Shown here: positions 61,305 through 64,000 of the stretch, piece after piece
Layout of the letters: every line of letters begins with the position of its first letter
How positions within the stretch are numbered: position 1 is the stretch's first letter
Assembly (NCBI GenBank): GCA_963743525.1
Contig: CAVUQH010000004.1
Span: forward strand, 736,001 to 800,000
Direction: 5' to 3'
DNA length: 64,000 nucleotides
DNA from: an uncultured delta proteobacterium
Lineage (GTDB): Bacteria > Myxococcota_A > Polyangia > Haliangiales > Haliangiaceae
The notes under the pieces: model-generated
Told to the model about the DNA's origin: nothing
The model's database searches: none
What the model saw: the letters and a program-made list of their open reading frames with translations, nothing else
Program-made: the position numbers and the translations under genes

Positions 61305-63209
61305 ATGTCGGGGATTCATCGAGCTGCCAGCAGGTTGGCGATGGTCGCGTTCGTCGCGACGGTCGCCGTGCCACGCGCCGCGGAGGCCTTTTGTGGCTTC
61401 TACGTCGCGGGCGCCGACACCAAGCTCTACAACAACGCGACCATGGTCACGATGATGCGCGACGGCACCACCACGGTGCTGTCGATGCGCAACAACTACC
61501 AGGGGCCGCCGGAAGAGTTCGCGCTGGTCGTGCCGGTGCCGGTGGTGCTGCACAAGGACAACGTCAAGACACTGCCGCCCGAGGTGTTCGACCGCATCGA
61601 CAAGATGGCAGCGCCGCGGCTGGTCGAGTACTGGGAGCAGGACCCGTGCGCGCCGCAGGTCGAAGAAGAAGGTTACATGGGCACTGGCCGCGGCGGCGGC
61701 GGGACCGGCGTGGGCTACGGCGTCGGCAGCAGCCGCCAGGCGGTCCGGATCGAGGCGCAGTTCACCGTCGCCGAGTACGAGATCGTCATCCTCAGCGCCG
61801 ATGACGCCACGGCGCTGGAGAGCTGGCTGACCGGGCACGGCTACAAGATCCCCGCCGGCGCGGCCAACTACCTGCGGCCGTACGTCGAGGGCGGCTCCAA
61901 GTTCTTCGTCGCCAAGGTCAACCCGGACAAGGTGACGTTCAAGGACGGCATGGCGACGCTGTCGCCGCTGCGCTTCCACTACGAGTCGAAAGACTTCTCG
62001 CTGCCGATCCGCCTGGGGCTGATCAACGCCAAGGGCAGCCAGGATCTGATCGTCCACATCCTGGCGCGCAACACCCGCTACGAGGCGGCCAACTACGACA
62101 ACGTCACCATCCCGACCAACCTGTTCGTCAACGACGGGGTGCGCGATCGGTTCGGCGAGTTCTACGCGGCGCTGTTCGACGCCACCCTGGAGAAGCATCC
62201 CAACGCGGTGGTCACCGAATATGCGTGGGGCGCCAATAGCTGCGACCCGTGTCCCGAGCCGACGCTGACGGCGACCGAGCTGACGACCCTGGGCATGGAC
62301 GTGCTGGGGGACAAGGGCTCGTCGATACCGACGGTGCGCCTGCGTCAGATCGAGGTCCGCGGCGACCTGGACAAGAACATCATCCGCCGCTACGTGCGCC
62401 GGGTGATGCCGAAGATTCGCTACTGCTACCAGAACCGCCTGGCCAACAACCCCGGCCTGAGCGGCAACGCGACCGCACAGTTCATGATCGGTGCCGACGG
62501 CAAGGTGATGGGCAAGCCGAAGGTCGACTTCCCCGATCGCGCCACCGCCAGCTGCATCGAGGGGATCCTGGCCGCCATGATCTTCCCCAAGCCGAGGAGC
62601 GGAACGGTGATCGTCAAGCAGCCGCTCGACCTGGTGCAGCAACCGGTCGGCGGAGGCGCCGCCGGCTGGGTGCTGACCCGCTTGCACACCCGCTACGACG
62701 CCAGCCACCTGGGCGACGACCTGGTGTTTCGCACCGCTCCGCCCATCGTCGGCGGCCGCGGCGGCGCCGGCGACGGCTTGTCCAAGGAGGCGACCCCGTC
62801 GTCGTTCAACAACTTCCAGGGCCGCTACATCATTCGCCACCCGTGGACGGGGGCCGTTCCCTGTGGCGATCCGCACCACGGCATGTGGGGCGGTCGCCCC
62901 GGTGGCGACGGCGAGTCCGAGCCGCGGACCGCGCGCGACACCGCCTTTGCCCGGCGCGGGCAGCTGGCACTGGCGGCCGCGGTCGCCGAGCCGGTGGCCA
63001 GCCTGGGGCTGACGCCGACGGGCGGCAGCCTGGAGGCGAAGCCGGCGCCAGAGACACCGCCGCCCGCGCCCGCCCCGGCCAAGAAGAAGAGCAAGCACGG
63101 CTGCGGCTGCAGCTCATCATCGGACTCCGGCGGGAGCGGACTGCTGCTGGCGCTGGCGCTGGTCGCGGTGACCCGGCGGCGGCGTGCGGGAGGTAGACTC
63201 CGCGCATGA
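61305..63209 (+). CDS. DUF2330 protein with inserted AgmX/TonB-C-like domain and MYXO-CTERM tail
   Basis: AFCGFYV, NNYQGP..FALVVPVP, PLRFHY, VTEYAW, GDLDKNIIRR..IRYCY..C..FPKP, LTRLH, GCGC-TM-RRRR. Confidence 0.85.
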   Translation: MSGIHRAASRLAMVAFVATVAVPRAAEAFCGFYVAGADTKLYNNATMVTMMRDGTTTVLSMRNNYQGPPEEFALVVPVPVVLHKDNVKTLPPEVFDRIDKMAAPRLVEYWEQDPCAPQVEEEGYMGTGRGGGGTGVGYGVGSSRQAVRIEAQFTVAEYEIVILSADDATALESWLTGHGYKIPAGAANYLRPYVEGGSKFFVAKVNPDKVTFKDGMATLSPLRFHYESKDFSLPIRLGLINAKGSQDLIVHILARNTRYEAANYDNVTIPTNLFVNDGVRDRFGEFYAALFDATLEKHPNAVVTEYAWGANSCDPCPEPTLTATELTTLGMDVLGDKGSSIPTVRLRQIEVRGDLDKNIIRRYVRRVMPKIRYCYQNRLANNPGLSGNATAQFMIGADGKVMGKPKVDFPDRATASCIEGILAAMIFPKPRSGTVIVKQPLDLVQQPVGGGAAGWVLTRLHTRYDASHLGDDLVFRTAPPIVGGRGGAGDGLSKEATPSSFNNFQGRYIIRHPWTGAVPCGDPHHGMWGGRPGGDGESEPRTARDTAFARRGQLALAAAVAEPVASLGLTPTGGSLEAKPAPETPPPAPAPAKKKSKHGCGCSSSSDSGGSGLLLALALVAVTRRRRAGGRLRA

Positions 63210-63979
63210 AGGACAAGGTCGTCGTCATCACCGGCGCGAGCTCCGGCATCGGCGCGGCGCTGGCGCAAGTAGTGGCCGCCCGCGGCGGCAAGCCGGTGCT
63301 GGCCGCGCGGCGCGAAAAAGAGCTGCGCGAAGTGGCCGCCACGTGCGGACCCGACGCCATGGTCGTGGTCACCGACGTCACCCGGCGCGCCGACGTCGAG
63401 CGGCTGCGCGACCAGGCGCTCGAGCGCTTCGGCCACATCGACGTCTGGGTCAACAACGCCGGTCGCGGCATCTCGCGACCGGTCTCGCAGCTGACCGATG
63501 AGGACTTCGACCAGATGATGCTGGTCAACGTCAAGTCGGCGCTGTACGGCATGCAGGCGATCGCTCCACACTTTCGCGAGCGAGGCCGCGGTCAGATCAT
63601 CAACGTGTCGTCCATGCTCGGGCGCATTCCGTTTGCCGGCATCCGCTCGATCTACTGCGCGGCCAAGCACGCGCTCAACTCGCTGAGCACCAACATGCGC
63701 ATGGAGCTGCGCGCCGAGCACCCGGACATCTGGGTGACCACGGTGATGCCCGGCGTCGTCGCCACCGACTTCGGCAACAACGCGCTGCACGGCGGCCTCG
63801 ACTCCCGCTCGTTCGCATGGGCACAGCCGGTCGAGGAGGTGGCGCAGGTGATGGCCGATGCCATCGACACGCCGTGCGCCGAGGTCTACACCCGCCCGGC
63901 CTACCGCGATCAGGTGCGCGACTACTACGCCGCCGAGGATCTGGCCGAGGTCGAGTCGCGGCCGCCGTTCGCGAGGTAG
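63206..63979 (+). CDS. Short-chain dehydrogenase/reductase
   Basis: TGASSGIG, NNAG, SS, YCAAK. Confidence 0.92.
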   Translation: MKDKVVVITGASSGIGAALAQVVAARGGKPVLAARREKELREVAATCGPDAMVVVTDVTRRADVERLRDQALERFGHIDVWVNNAGRGISRPVSQLTDEDFDQMMLVNVKSALYGMQAIAPHFRERGRGQIINVSSMLGRIPFAGIRSIYCAAKHALNSLSTNMRMELRAEHPDIWVTTVMPGVVATDFGNNALHGGLDSRSFAWAQPVEEVAQVMADAIDTPCAEVYTRPAYRDQVRDYYAAEDLAEVESRPPFAR

Positions 63980-64000
63980 CGGCGATGGCGCTGACCCGGC

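Overview
High-GC chromosomal segment of a myxobacterium-like (Myxococcota) genome, judged from gene content and MYXO-CTERM-type tails. The left half (1-33.5 kb) is core genome: trmFO-topA-dprA-LysM-cpoB, hemC-hemA-ccsA, trxA, the mreBCD-mrdA-rodA elongasome operon, a PpiD/SurA chaperone, a giant TPR protein, a TatT-like lipoprotein and clpB-dnaJ-lon. The right half is accessory: a CarD-like gene, DUF2330 proteins, methyltransferases, a GMC oxidase, cbpA/cbpM, MarR, a kinase-ATPase-TPR protein, a GH13 amylase, a DNA methylase + PD-(D/E)XK nuclease pair, ArsR-SRPBCC, a CDF transporter, an ECF sigma factor, a sigma54 activator and pirin. The most unusual element is a ~1 kb cassette directly behind the rodA stop codon. 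It comprises ~470 bp of CCGYRY hexamer repeats, a Y-shaped inverted repeat with two GNA mini-loops and an embedded TTGACA, an orphan four-helix-bundle (Avd/IVP-like) gene, and a terminator. No rRNA, tRNA, CRISPR array, transposase or reverse transcriptase was recognised. All product calls come from motif recognition by eye, not database searches. Several start codons were re-chosen from the ORF track.
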